From assembly GCA_035561315.1 (NCBI GenBank), contig DATMXR010000112.1, forward strand, positions 1-44,367: a stretch of DNA of 44,367 bases, in the 5' to 3' direction. Origin of the DNA: Feifaniaceae bacterium. Lineage in GTDB: Bacteria > Bacillota > Clostridia > Christensenellales > CAG-138. Below are positions 36,182 to 44,324 of the stretch, piece after piece (the stretch's first letter is position 1; each line of letters opens with the position of its first letter). A program made the translations under genes and the position numbers. The notes beneath the pieces were generated by a model, which was not told the origin of the DNA, did not search any database, and saw only the letters and a list, made by a program, of their open reading frames with translations.

Positions 36182-37105
36182 ATGTCGTATTCCGCCCGGA
36201 TGCAGAAGAACCATCTGTACAGCGTCTTTCTGGCCCCGCGCGGATATGTGCGCATGGCCGACCTGGGCATGCAGATTGCCCAGCAATATTTGAGTCCCTT
36301 CGACAAGCTTATAGGGCTGGTGGGCGACGCGGGCTCGGGCAAGAGCATGCTCGTCAAGGGCATGTTCCCGGGGCTGGAGCTGACCAACGACGACGAAGGG
36401 GTGAACGTGCGGCCCCTGCCGCTAATGGACCTCGGCGACGACAGCGGCTTCTATTCGCCGCACACCTACCATGTGGATATCCGTTTCGAGACGGCCTTCC
36501 ACCAGCCGCACGTACTAATCGAGGCCATACTGGAGGCGATCGACCGCGGCAAGCGGGTGGTCGTGGAGCATTTCGACCTCATCTACCCCGCGCTCGGGCG
36601 CAACGCGCATCTTTTGATCGGCATCGGGGAGGAGGTCATCATCACCCGCCCAAGCCTGTTCGGCCCGGAGCCCGAGGAGCTGCGCGAGCGCGTGTTCCCA
36701 TCCCTTCCCTACCGGCTCAGGGCGCATACCGCCGAGGACCTGTGCGAATACGTCATGAACGGAAATTGCCCGCGCTACGAGCACGCAGACGTGCGCCACG
36801 GGTTCATACTGAGTTTTGAAAGCAAGCCCGCCTTTTCGCCGCCGGAGCTGATGGAAAAGGTGCAAAAGCTCATAGACGCGGACCTCCCCATTTCGTTTCT
36901 GGACGACAACCACATCCGGATCGGGGACACGCCCCACCGCTGCACGGGGCCAAGGATGCATGTAAAAAGGACAAAAGAAATCGGCCGGTTTCTGCTGCTG
37001 GAGGATTTTTACCCGGAGCCGATCACCGAACGCTGCCTGATGGTGGGGCTTGTCGGCGAGGGCTGCGATTACAAGTCCAGCGATATCAACCGGCTGATTT
37101 TTTAA
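36182..37105 (+). CDS. Hypothetical P-loop (Walker A) protein, family not recognised
   Basis: 307 aa. It has a strong RBS (AGAGGAGGG). The Walker A is LIGLVGDAGSGKSML and a possible Walker B is RVVVEHFD. It is the last gene of the glutamate mutase operon. Confidence 0.6.
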   Translation: MSYSARMQKNHLYSVFLAPRGYVRMADLGMQIAQQYLSPFDKLIGLVGDAGSGKSMLVKGMFPGLELTNDDEGVNVRPLPLMDLGDDSGFYSPHTYHVDIRFETAFHQPHVLIEAILEAIDRGKRVVVEHFDLIYPALGRNAHLLIGIGEEVIITRPSLFGPEPEELRERVFPSLPYRLRAHTAEDLCEYVMNGNCPRYEHADVRHGFILSFESKPAFSPPELMEKVQKLIDADLPISFLDDNHIRIGDTPHRCTGPRMHVKRTKEIGRFLLLEDFYPEPITERCLMVGLVGEGCDYKSSDINRLIF

Positions 37106-37122
37106 GGCCTTTGAAAAAACAT

Positions 37123-37172
37123 ACGCCGCTTTTTTGAATAGCGGCGTTTCAAATGCGGCGAACCCGCTTTTT
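37123..37172. terminator. Convergent terminator region between the P-loop gene (+) and the Ldh_2-family gene (-)
   Basis: The hairpin acgccgct-N9-agcggcgt (37123-37147) has a U-tract on the minus-strand side (auguuuuuuc). A second small GC hairpin, gcgg-cgaac-ccgc, is followed by ttttt (37155-37172) on the plus strand. Confidence 0.55.
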
Positions 37173-37193
37173 GACCTGTCCCAACCGACCTTC

Positions 37194-38321
37194 TCAATAG
37201 TTCTCCGCAAATCCGGTCTTTGTATCGGAAGGCAGGCAGTCCCCAAAATAAGCGTTGAAATCCAGGCCCAGATAACGGCACATGTCCAGCACTTCCGCCA
37301 TGGTGTTCCCGTGGACGGGGACCCCGTTTTTCAGCCGTTCCTCCATTGCGAGGATCTCCTTTTCGCCATGCGTATAGATGCGCTCGGCGTTCTCGGCTTT
37401 GGGCGACGCGCGAAGCTCGCGCAGGAATGCCGACATATGGGACCTGATTGCCTGCGGATCGCCAAATATCGAGGGATCTATCGCGGCGAACCCATGGCAA
37501 ATGCCTCCTTTTTTGCCCTGCATGCAGTAATTGGACGTCATGCCCAGGGAAAGGATGGAGGTAAATATCTCGCATAAAACGCCATATCCGTAGCCCTTAT
37601 GGGAGCCGAGCGTCTCTCCGTCGCCCCCAAGCGGCATAATGCCGCCTCCGTTCTTGGCGACAATGTTCCTGAGCACGTCCGGCGCGTCAATGCTGGGCCG
37701 CCCAAACTTGTTGAGCGCCCAGCCCTCCGGCAGGGGCTCGTTCTTTTTGTTATACAGTTCCAATTTGCCGCGGGTGACCACGGTGGTGGAGGCGTCAAAC
37801 AGGAAATCATACGGCTCCGCAGGCATGGCACAGGCAATCGGGTTGCTGCCCAGCATCGCCATACGCCCATAGGTCGGGACCATGATCGCTTCGCTATTGG
37901 TAAAGCTGAACCCGATGAACCCGGCGTCGCTGGCCAGCTTGGCATAATAGCCCGCTATGCCGTAGTGGTTGGAATTGCGGGCGGTCACAATGGATATGCC
38001 CGTTGTTTTCGCTTTCCTGATGGAGAGATCCATGCAGAATCTTCCGATCAGCTGCCCCATGCCGTCGTGCCCGTCCACCACCGCGGAGACAGGCGTCTCA
38101 AACACGATCTCCGGCTTCGCATGAACATCGATCATTCCTTTCTCGATGCCCTTGTGATAACGCACCATGCGCTGCATGCCATGGCTTTCTATGCCATATA
38201 AATCCGACCGCAGCAAGACGTCGGAGATAACGCGCGCCTGTTCCGCGTCAAAGCCGAAAGCCGTAAACGCATCCATGCAGAATGTATTGAGCGTGTCGAT
38301 TGAAACATACCAGTATCCCAT
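37194..38321 (-). CDS. Ldh_2 family (malate/L-lactate/ureidoglycolate/2,3-diketo-L-gulonate type) NAD(P)H-dependent oxidoreductase
   Basis: The family motif is LYGIESHGMQRMVRY. It is about 375 aa from the ATG at 38321 (MGYWYVSID...). The ORF-track start at 38342 is a TTG. Confidence 0.86.
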   Translation of the reverse strand: MGYWYVSIDTLNTFCMDAFTAFGFDAEQARVISDVLLRSDLYGIESHGMQRMVRYHKGIEKGMIDVHAKPEIVFETPVSAVVDGHDGMGQLIGRFCMDLSIRKAKTTGISIVTARNSNHYGIAGYYAKLASDAGFIGFSFTNSEAIMVPTYGRMAMLGSNPIACAMPAEPYDFLFDASTTVVTRGKLELYNKKNEPLPEGWALNKFGRPSIDAPDVLRNIVAKNGGGIMPLGGDGETLGSHKGYGYGVLCEIFTSILSLGMTSNYCMQGKKGGICHGFAAIDPSIFGDPQAIRSHMSAFLRELRASPKAENAERIYTHGEKEILAMEERLKNGVPVHGNTMAEVLDMCRYLGLDFNAYFGDCLPSDTKTGFAENY

Positions 38322-38371
38322 CTCCGCCTTGCCTCCCCCCAAAAACTGCCGTACGATTTTTGTCCGGACAT

Positions 38372-39631
38372 TCAGCGCTTCGCCAGGACATCCTTTTCAT
38401 ACCGTTTCATTTCCGCTATCCAGTCCTCGCCCGCGTACTTGCCCTGCCGCAGGCAGTAATAGTCCCAGACCGCGCCGAACGGCAGGGACTTCCGCTCCTC
38501 CTGCAGCGCCAGGCGCAGGGTATAGTCCCCCTCCCGCTCCGCCCGGCGTATCCTGCCGGAAGGCGCAAGCGCGGCGTTCAAGATGGCCTTGCGCGCGTTG
38601 CGCAGGCCGATCGTCCACGCGGCGATGCGGTTGATGGAAGCGTCAAAGAAATCCAGGCCGATCAATACGCGGTTTTCAAACCCGTTAAAAAGCACCTCGT
38701 CCATGATGCGCTGCAACTCGTCATTTAGCGCAATGACATGGTCGCTGTCCCAGCGCACGCCGCGGCTGACATGCAGCAGAATTTTATCCAGGAACCCCAG
38801 TATGGGGCTTATTTTTTCGCTGATGCTTTCCGCAGGATGGAAGTGGCCCGCGTCCAATGTATACAGCAGGTCATTCTTTAAAGCGTAAGCGAGCGAATAT
38901 TCATGGCTCGCCACCGTGTAGCTTTCCACTCCTATGCCGAAAAGCTTGCTTTCCAGCGCGCACAGCACCATGTCGCGTTCAAAATGCCCGGCAAATATTT
39001 CATCCAGAGAACGGGTCATGATCGCCCGGTAATACGCCGTATCCGCGCAGGTGTCCTTCATCCCGTCCGGCATCCAGTAGTTGACGGAGCAGGGCTGCCC
39101 AAGCTGCTTTGCGAACGAGTGCGCTATTTCCCGGCAGCGTTTTCCGTGCTCCACCCAGAACTTCCGTTTTTCCCCATTGGGGCTGGCGAGTGAAAAATTG
39201 CCGTCCATCATGGGATGGGAATAAAATGTGGGATTAAAATCCAGCCCCAGGCCGCGCTCTTTCGCCCAATCCACCCAGGTCTGGAACAGTTCAATCGTGT
39301 ACGCGTCCCTGTCCACCGTTTTCCCGTTTTTTTCCGCGTAGCTTGCATGCAGATTCAGCTTGAAGCGGCCGGGCACCATTTTGAGCGCTTCCTCCATGTC
39401 CGCGCGCAGTTCCTGCGGCGTGGACGCGCGCCCGGGATAATTCCCGGTTGTGGCAATCCCCCCGGTCAGCTCCCCTATGCTGTCAAACCCTATGACGTCG
39501 TCCCCCTGCCAGCAATGCATGGATACCGGGATGCCGTCCGCTCTCCTGATTGCCGCGTCCACATCCACGCCTTTTGCCGCGTATATCTCCTTCGCGTATT
39601 CGTACCCCCGTAAGATGCTCCCCTCGCCCAT
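38372..39631 (-). CDS. rhaA: L-rhamnose isomerase
   Basis: 419 aa from the ATG at 39631. It shows long colinear similarity to E. coli RhaA, recalled from memory: PVSMHCWQGDDV, TGNYPG, LNLHA, FNPTFYSHP, ESKLFGIG.ESYTV, LDAGHFHP, HVSRGVRWDSDHV, GLDFFDASINRIAAW. Confidence 0.93.
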   Translation of the reverse strand: MGEGSILRGYEYAKEIYAAKGVDVDAAIRRADGIPVSMHCWQGDDVIGFDSIGELTGGIATTGNYPGRASTPQELRADMEEALKMVPGRFKLNLHASYAEKNGKTVDRDAYTIELFQTWVDWAKERGLGLDFNPTFYSHPMMDGNFSLASPNGEKRKFWVEHGKRCREIAHSFAKQLGQPCSVNYWMPDGMKDTCADTAYYRAIMTRSLDEIFAGHFERDMVLCALESKLFGIGVESYTVASHEYSLAYALKNDLLYTLDAGHFHPAESISEKISPILGFLDKILLHVSRGVRWDSDHVIALNDELQRIMDEVLFNGFENRVLIGLDFFDASINRIAAWTIGLRNARKAILNAALAPSGRIRRAEREGDYTLRLALQEERKSLPFGAVWDYYCLRQGKYAGEDWIAEMKRYEKDVLAKR

Positions 39632-39681
39632 ATCGATATCCTCCTCAAAACGAATCCTATCGCAAGTTTTTTCGGGCCGAC

Positions 39682-39720
39682 GCAATCGGCAGGCATGCGT
39701 TTTCCGGCGCAGCCGATTGC
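39682..39720. other. 9-bp inverted repeat (gcaatcggc-N21-gccgattgc) in the intergenic region upstream of rhaA
   Basis: The arms are perfect and there is no flanking U-tract in the transcribed orientation. The function is unknown (RNA stem or operator). Confidence 0.3.
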
Positions 39721-39725
39721 AGGCC

Positions 39726-40766
39726 CTATTCGTTGGGATGCACGACCACGCGCAGCCCCGCATGGTCTTCCGCCGCCGCGAACGCTTCGCCGATGCGCTC
39801 CAACGGAAACCTGTGCGTGATGTATTTTTCCATGTCCACCATGCCGGAGGCTATCATATCCACCGCCTGCCGGTGATGCCTGGGCAAGGAGCCATGCGCG
39901 CCGTGGACGAACAGCTCCTTATAATGGATGATATTCGTATCCAGCGTGACCGTGCTCCCTTTGGGCAAGCCGCCGAACAGGTTGACCCTTGCCCGGTTTT
40001 TCGCCATATGCAGGGCGTCGCTGTGCGACTGCGGGCTGGGGTTGGCCGTAATCACTACGTCCGCCCCCAGCCCGCCCGTTTCCTCCAGGACCCGGGCAAT
40101 GGCGTCCTCCTCGCCGGAGCAGATATACGCGTCCGCGCCGAATTTCTTTGCCATCTCCAGCCTGGGACGCGAGCGCTGCACCACAATGATCTTGCGGGCG
40201 CCCATTTTGCGCGCCACCTCTATGATCATCATGCCGATAGGGCCCGCGCCGATAATCACGACGTCGTCGCCCAGCCGAATGCCGGACAGCTCCAGCGCGT
40301 TCAGTACGCACGCAAGCGGCTCGGCAAGCGCGGCTTCGTCATACCCCACGGAATCGGGGATTTTATGGACGGGCCCAAAGTTTACGACCATGCCGTTGAG
40401 CGGAAGATATTGCGCAAACCCGCCCTGGAACTGATAGCCCAGCGCATAATTCGTCTGGCAGTTGTTCCCTATTCCCGCCTCGCAGAAGGAGCATTCCCCG
40501 CAGGGGACGTCCGCCCCCACCGCCACGCGGTCCCCCACCGAAAAGCGGGACACATTGCGCCCTGCGGCCACAACCTCGCCCGCGATCTCATGTCCGATGA
40601 TGGCGGGCATTTTTACCCTGCTGTTGCCGTGATGGAATATGCGTATGTCGCTTCCGCATACGGCGCAGGCGTGCACCTTTAACAGGATTCCGTCGTCCCC
40701 GCATGCCGGGTCGGGTACCTGCCTTACTTCAATTTTATTCAGAGCCTCCAAGACTGCCGCTTTCAT
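39726..40766 (-). CDS. Zinc-dependent medium-chain dehydrogenase (sorbitol/threonine dehydrogenase-like)
   Basis: The catalytic-Zn motif is GHEIAGEVV, the structural-Zn motif is CGECSFCEAGIGNNC, and the NAD motif is IIGAGPIGMM. Confidence 0.9.
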   Translation of the reverse strand: MKAAVLEALNKIEVRQVPDPACGDDGILLKVHACAVCGSDIRIFHHGNSRVKMPAIIGHEIAGEVVAAGRNVSRFSVGDRVAVGADVPCGECSFCEAGIGNNCQTNYALGYQFQGGFAQYLPLNGMVVNFGPVHKIPDSVGYDEAALAEPLACVLNALELSGIRLGDDVVIIGAGPIGMMIIEVARKMGARKIIVVQRSRPRLEMAKKFGADAYICSGEEDAIARVLEETGGLGADVVITANPSPQSHSDALHMAKNRARVNLFGGLPKGSTVTLDTNIIHYKELFVHGAHGSLPRHHRQAVDMIASGMVDMEKYITHRFPLERIGEAFAAAEDHAGLRVVVHPNE

Positions 40767-41815
40767 GACCGATCCTCCTGTATGATGAACATGACCTTAT
40801 TGTAAAATACCGCGCGCTCCCGCATCATCTCAAACGGCGCGATCCCGTCCGAGAGGCCGCATCGGTGCGTAATAAACCGGCGGACGTTCAGCCGCCCGCT
40901 TCCCATCGCTTCGAGCGCCAGGCGCCAGTCGCTCCCGTGCTGCGCGTAGCTGGAATTCCAGGTTCCTGTCAGGGAGATCTGCTTTCTGAGTATCTCCCAG
41001 TAGGTATGCTGCTCCAAAGTCATTTTCCCCGCCGGATTGCCCATGGTTACAACCCGCCCGCCGATGGCGGCCGCCAATATGCATTGGCCGAGTGTCTGCG
41101 GCACGCCGGCGCCCTCGACGCAAATGTCCATGCCCCTGCCGCCGGTGATGCGCCCGATATAATCCGCAGGGTCTTCCTTCAGGGAGGATATGGCCTCGAA
41201 CCCCATTTCCCGCGCAAAGGATATTTTCCGCTCGTCAATATCCCAAAGCAGTATGCGGGACGCGCCCGCCAGGCCGGCCCAGCTCGCGAGCATCAGCCCT
41301 ATCGGCCCGGCCCCCGCGATTCCCACGGTATCCCCTATCCCTATATTCGCCCGCCGCAGCGCATGGACCGCCACCGCGGCGGGTTCCATCATGGCGCCTT
41401 CCTCATAAGAAATGCCGTCGTCCAGAAATACCAGGTTCCATGTCTTCACGGCGCAATACTCCGCAAACCCGCCGTCGCGGCGGGAGCCATAATAGCTGTA
41501 GGCTTTGCAGGTTTCGTATTCGCCCCTAGCGCAGGAGGCGCACCTCATGCAGGGCAGCATGGGAAATACCGCCGCACGGCGGCCAACAAGCCCGCTGTCC
41601 ACGCCGGGGCCCACTTCCTCTATTCGTCCCGCAAACTCATGCCCGGGGATCATGGGCATCGAATATGTGCCTTTTTCAAAAACACGCGCCAAATCGCTTC
41701 CGCAAATCCCGCTGGCGCATACGCGGAGCAGCACTTCGTCCTTTTGCAAAACGGGACGGGCCGCCTGCGTATCGTATACCAGAGTTCCGACCTCTTTTAG
41801 AACCAAAGCCCGCAT
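40763..41815 (-). CDS. Zinc-dependent medium-chain dehydrogenase (polyol / polyol-phosphate dehydrogenase-like)
   Basis: Motifs are GHEFAGRIEEVG, CMRCASCARGEYETC and IAGAGPIGLM. It overlaps the downstream dehydrogenase gene by 4 nt. Confidence 0.9.
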   Translation of the reverse strand: MRALVLKEVGTLVYDTQAARPVLQKDEVLLRVCASGICGSDLARVFEKGTYSMPMIPGHEFAGRIEEVGPGVDSGLVGRRAAVFPMLPCMRCASCARGEYETCKAYSYYGSRRDGGFAEYCAVKTWNLVFLDDGISYEEGAMMEPAAVAVHALRRANIGIGDTVGIAGAGPIGLMLASWAGLAGASRILLWDIDERKISFAREMGFEAISSLKEDPADYIGRITGGRGMDICVEGAGVPQTLGQCILAAAIGGRVVTMGNPAGKMTLEQHTYWEILRKQISLTGTWNSSYAQHGSDWRLALEAMGSGRLNVRRFITHRCGLSDGIAPFEMMRERAVFYNKVMFIIQEDRS

Positions 41816-41818
41816 ATG

Positions 41819-42712
41819 CTATTCCTTCACAAACTGCCGCCAGTATTTTACGGACGCTTCATGATCCTCCACCACCCGAAAGTCCGTGTCCCAATGCTCC
41901 CGGTGAGAAAGCTCCAGTACCAGCGTCGCCTTTTCGCATCCCGCCTGTTCCAGGCAATCCAGCACGCGCTTGCCCTCTATGTACCCTTTTTGGTTATATT
42001 CTTCGGTAAAAGGCCAATGATTGGACGTCCCCAGGCTCGTTTGCTGGAGATGTATGATGGGCGACCGCGCTCCCAGCGCCAAAAGCCACTTATAACAATC
42101 GCGTTCGTCCGGATGCGGCGCATGTCCCACGTCCAGGCAGGCATAGAAAGGAAGCGCGCTCCCCGCATTCAATCCTTCCAGCAAATACTCCGTTTCCGCC
42201 ACGGTGTTCGCGAATTCCCTCGGTATACTCATAGGCTCGATAAACAAAAAGGAATATCCCAGGCTGGCCGCCCGCGCCGCGAGCCGCTGCCAGGCTGAAA
42301 TGCCAAGCTCCGTCATGCGCTTGCGCTTCTCCTCGTTTAAATAATCCCGGAAGCTGAGGATGCCAAAATGGGAGCCTCCGGCGGCCGCCCCCAGCTCGGC
42401 GCCGATTTCAAACAGCCGCTCAAACCACCGCTCCCACAGCTCGCGTGCCTGCGCGTCGGGATGGAGCAGATGGTTTACCCGCGTATAGGCGTCGGTAAAT
42501 ATGGACTCTACCCGGAACCCATACCGGAGGGAGGCCTCCCGGATACGCCGGACCAGGTCCCGTATATACTGCTCCTCCCAAAACGGGTCGATCAGGCTGG
42601 CGGTCAGCTGCACGCTTTTTACGCCCAGCTCCCCCACGATGCGTCCCCACACCTCGGGTTGCGGGTACCGGTTCAGCGCAAAGCCCGTGTTGATTCCCAA
42701 TGTAAGCTGCAT
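41819..42712 (-). CDS. Sugar phosphate isomerase/epimerase (xylose-isomerase-like TIM barrel family)
   Basis: Trimmed to the ATG at 42712 (MQLTLGINTGFAL...), preceded by GGAGGG. It is 297 aa. The call rests on overall family resemblance only. Confidence 0.7.
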   Translation of the reverse strand: MQLTLGINTGFALNRYPQPEVWGRIVGELGVKSVQLTASLIDPFWEEQYIRDLVRRIREASLRYGFRVESIFTDAYTRVNHLLHPDAQARELWERWFERLFEIGAELGAAAGGSHFGILSFRDYLNEEKRKRMTELGISAWQRLAARAASLGYSFLFIEPMSIPREFANTVAETEYLLEGLNAGSALPFYACLDVGHAPHPDERDCYKWLLALGARSPIIHLQQTSLGTSNHWPFTEEYNQKGYIEGKRVLDCLEQAGCEKATLVLELSHREHWDTDFRVVEDHEASVKYWRQFVKE

Positions 42713-42741
42713 GGATATTCCCTCCAGTTCATGGCACGTCC

Positions 42742-42770
42742 AAAAACAACGCCTGTACCGGCGGCGTCTT
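42742..42770 (-). terminator. Small intrinsic-terminator-like hairpin (minus strand) between the FucI/AraA-family gene and the TIM-barrel gene
   Basis: The minus-strand RNA reads gacgcc-gccgguaca-ggcguu followed by guuuuu. Its 5' arm overlaps the 3' arm of the long hairpin at 42764-42829. Confidence 0.4.
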
Positions 42771-42829
42771 TGCCCCGCATCCTCCGGCGCATGTAAGCAT
42801 GCATACCGGAGGATGGGGCGCAAAGACGC
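42764..42829. repeat. Long imperfect inverted repeat (24-nt arms, 22/24 complementary, 18-nt loop)
   Basis: The arms are gcgtctttgccccgcatcctccgg (42764-42787) and ccggaggatggggcgcaaagacgc (42806-42829). The loop cgcatgtaagcatgcata contains a GCATGC palindrome. Confidence 0.7.
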
Positions 42830-42875
42830 GCTCTGATGCAAACGCGGACGCCTTTTTTTGCCGAATAGTACCGGC

Positions 42876-44324
42876 TTACGCCGTTACGATCTCATACTCG
42901 ATTCCCAGCGCCTCGGCGATTTTGGCGATGGTCTGCGCATGATGGCCCACGCCCAGCGCATAATGGTGCGTGGGGCCCGCCAATGTCCACTTTTTGATAA
43001 ACGTCCTGGTATCCGGCGCAAAGAACCCCCTTGTGTTGGTATTCCCGGTAGGGGGGATCGGCCCTTTCTTGGACAGGCCTTCGCCGATGATGAATTTGAA
43101 TTTGCCGTCGTACGTCTGCGTAATGCCAAGCATTGTAATGGGCCCTTCCTTGATCTTGAACTCCACCGATGCGCCGCTGCCCGGCTTGCCATGGTACTTG
43201 TTCAGGCTCCTGAGCACGGGCTTTCCGTCCGCTATGGCGATGTGGTGCGGGCCGTCATGCCCGACCAGTATAAAATCCTCCACAAAATCGAAGGGATGGA
43301 ATTCCGCAAAGCTGCCTCCGATGTCCAGGCGGTCCATAATGAACATGGCCAGGCAGGTCTTGATATCGAATTCCCCGCACATGGGCACCCCCTGGGCGTT
43401 TAGAAGCGAATTGCCTACGATGAAGGAGCTGACGATCTGCCGGTGCATCGACCCGTCGCGCCCGGCGTAATAATACGCAAGGCCCGTAAGCTTGTATTTT
43501 TCTATAAATTTCTGCAGCGTCGCGGACGTCCTTGCCGCATGATACAGGTCGGTATCCGTCAATTTGGTGGTAATGGGGTCGCTTACGGGGTCCGGCGTAT
43601 CGAAGCATTCCAGAATGCGCTTCTTTTCCGCCTCAACTTCCTGATCCGTAACGGTGTCGTACAGTTCAAGTACGTCGTCCACCTCCAAAAGCGGCACATG
43701 CACGCCGAACGCGGCCGAGATCGCGGCGGGGTCCGCATGCATATCGTACATGGATTCAAGCACATGCCCCATCAGCCCAAAGCGCGCGCCGCGCAGGTCA
43801 TGCAGCACCTTCGCGATATCGCACCACTCCGCAACCGCCTTTTCCACTTCCGGGTCGTTATGCAGCGTCCCTATAATAACGTCATTCACCCTTTTCCCCA
43901 TACGGATGGCCACGCCCGTGAATTCCGCCGCCGAGCAGACGTTGTCGTTCTCAAGCTGCATGCGCGTGCTCGCCCTGCTGTAGTCCATGCGGCTGAGCGG
44001 CTGAAGGGCCGTCATGATAATGGGTATGTTCATCTCGCGCACAATGGGCGCGAAAACGGATGACGTGGCGTATGTAAGCATGTTTACAAACAAAAGATCC
44101 AGCTTCTCGCCCTTCATTTTTTCGAGCGCCTCATATCCGCGCTCGCTGCAGTCCACCATGCCGAAATCTATGATTTCCACATCGTTTTTTTCAACGATCT
44201 TTTTGAAATCTTCATGGAACCCCATCAGGGTACCCAGCAGGCCCTCAAACTGCTCCCAGTAAATCGTATGACCCACGCCAAAAACACCTATGCGAGCCGT
44301 TCTTTTTTTAAGCCGTTCGACCAT
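42876..44324 (-). CDS. L-fucose / L-arabinose isomerase family protein (specificity unknown)
   Basis: Trimmed to the ATG at 44324 (MVERLKKRTARIGVFGVGHTIYWEQF...), preceded by GGAGG. It is 482 aa. The N-terminal Rossmann-like swivel domain and the length are consistent with AraA/FucI-family sugar isomerases. The call rests on family resemblance only. Confidence 0.72.
   Translation of the reverse strand: MVERLKKRTARIGVFGVGHTIYWEQFEGLLGTLMGFHEDFKKIVEKNDVEIIDFGMVDCSERGYEALEKMKGEKLDLLFVNMLTYATSSVFAPIVREMNIPIIMTALQPLSRMDYSRASTRMQLENDNVCSAAEFTGVAIRMGKRVNDVIIGTLHNDPEVEKAVAEWCDIAKVLHDLRGARFGLMGHVLESMYDMHADPAAISAAFGVHVPLLEVDDVLELYDTVTDQEVEAEKKRILECFDTPDPVSDPITTKLTDTDLYHAARTSATLQKFIEKYKLTGLAYYYAGRDGSMHRQIVSSFIVGNSLLNAQGVPMCGEFDIKTCLAMFIMDRLDIGGSFAEFHPFDFVEDFILVGHDGPHHIAIADGKPVLRSLNKYHGKPGSGASVEFKIKEGPITMLGITQTYDGKFKFIIGEGLSKKGPIPPTGNTNTRGFFAPDTRTFIKKWTLAGPTHHYALGVGHHAQTIAKIAEALGIEYEIVTA

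Noticed and set aside
42791-42805. A cre-like (CcpA) site, TGTAAGCATGCATA, in the loop of the long hairpin. A second dyad, TGTGATAATTACA, lies at 44339-44351 upstream of the FucI/AraA-family gene.
   Set aside because: Both miss several invariant positions of the TGWAANCGNTNWCA consensus, including the central CG. They are not convincing without comparative or binding data.
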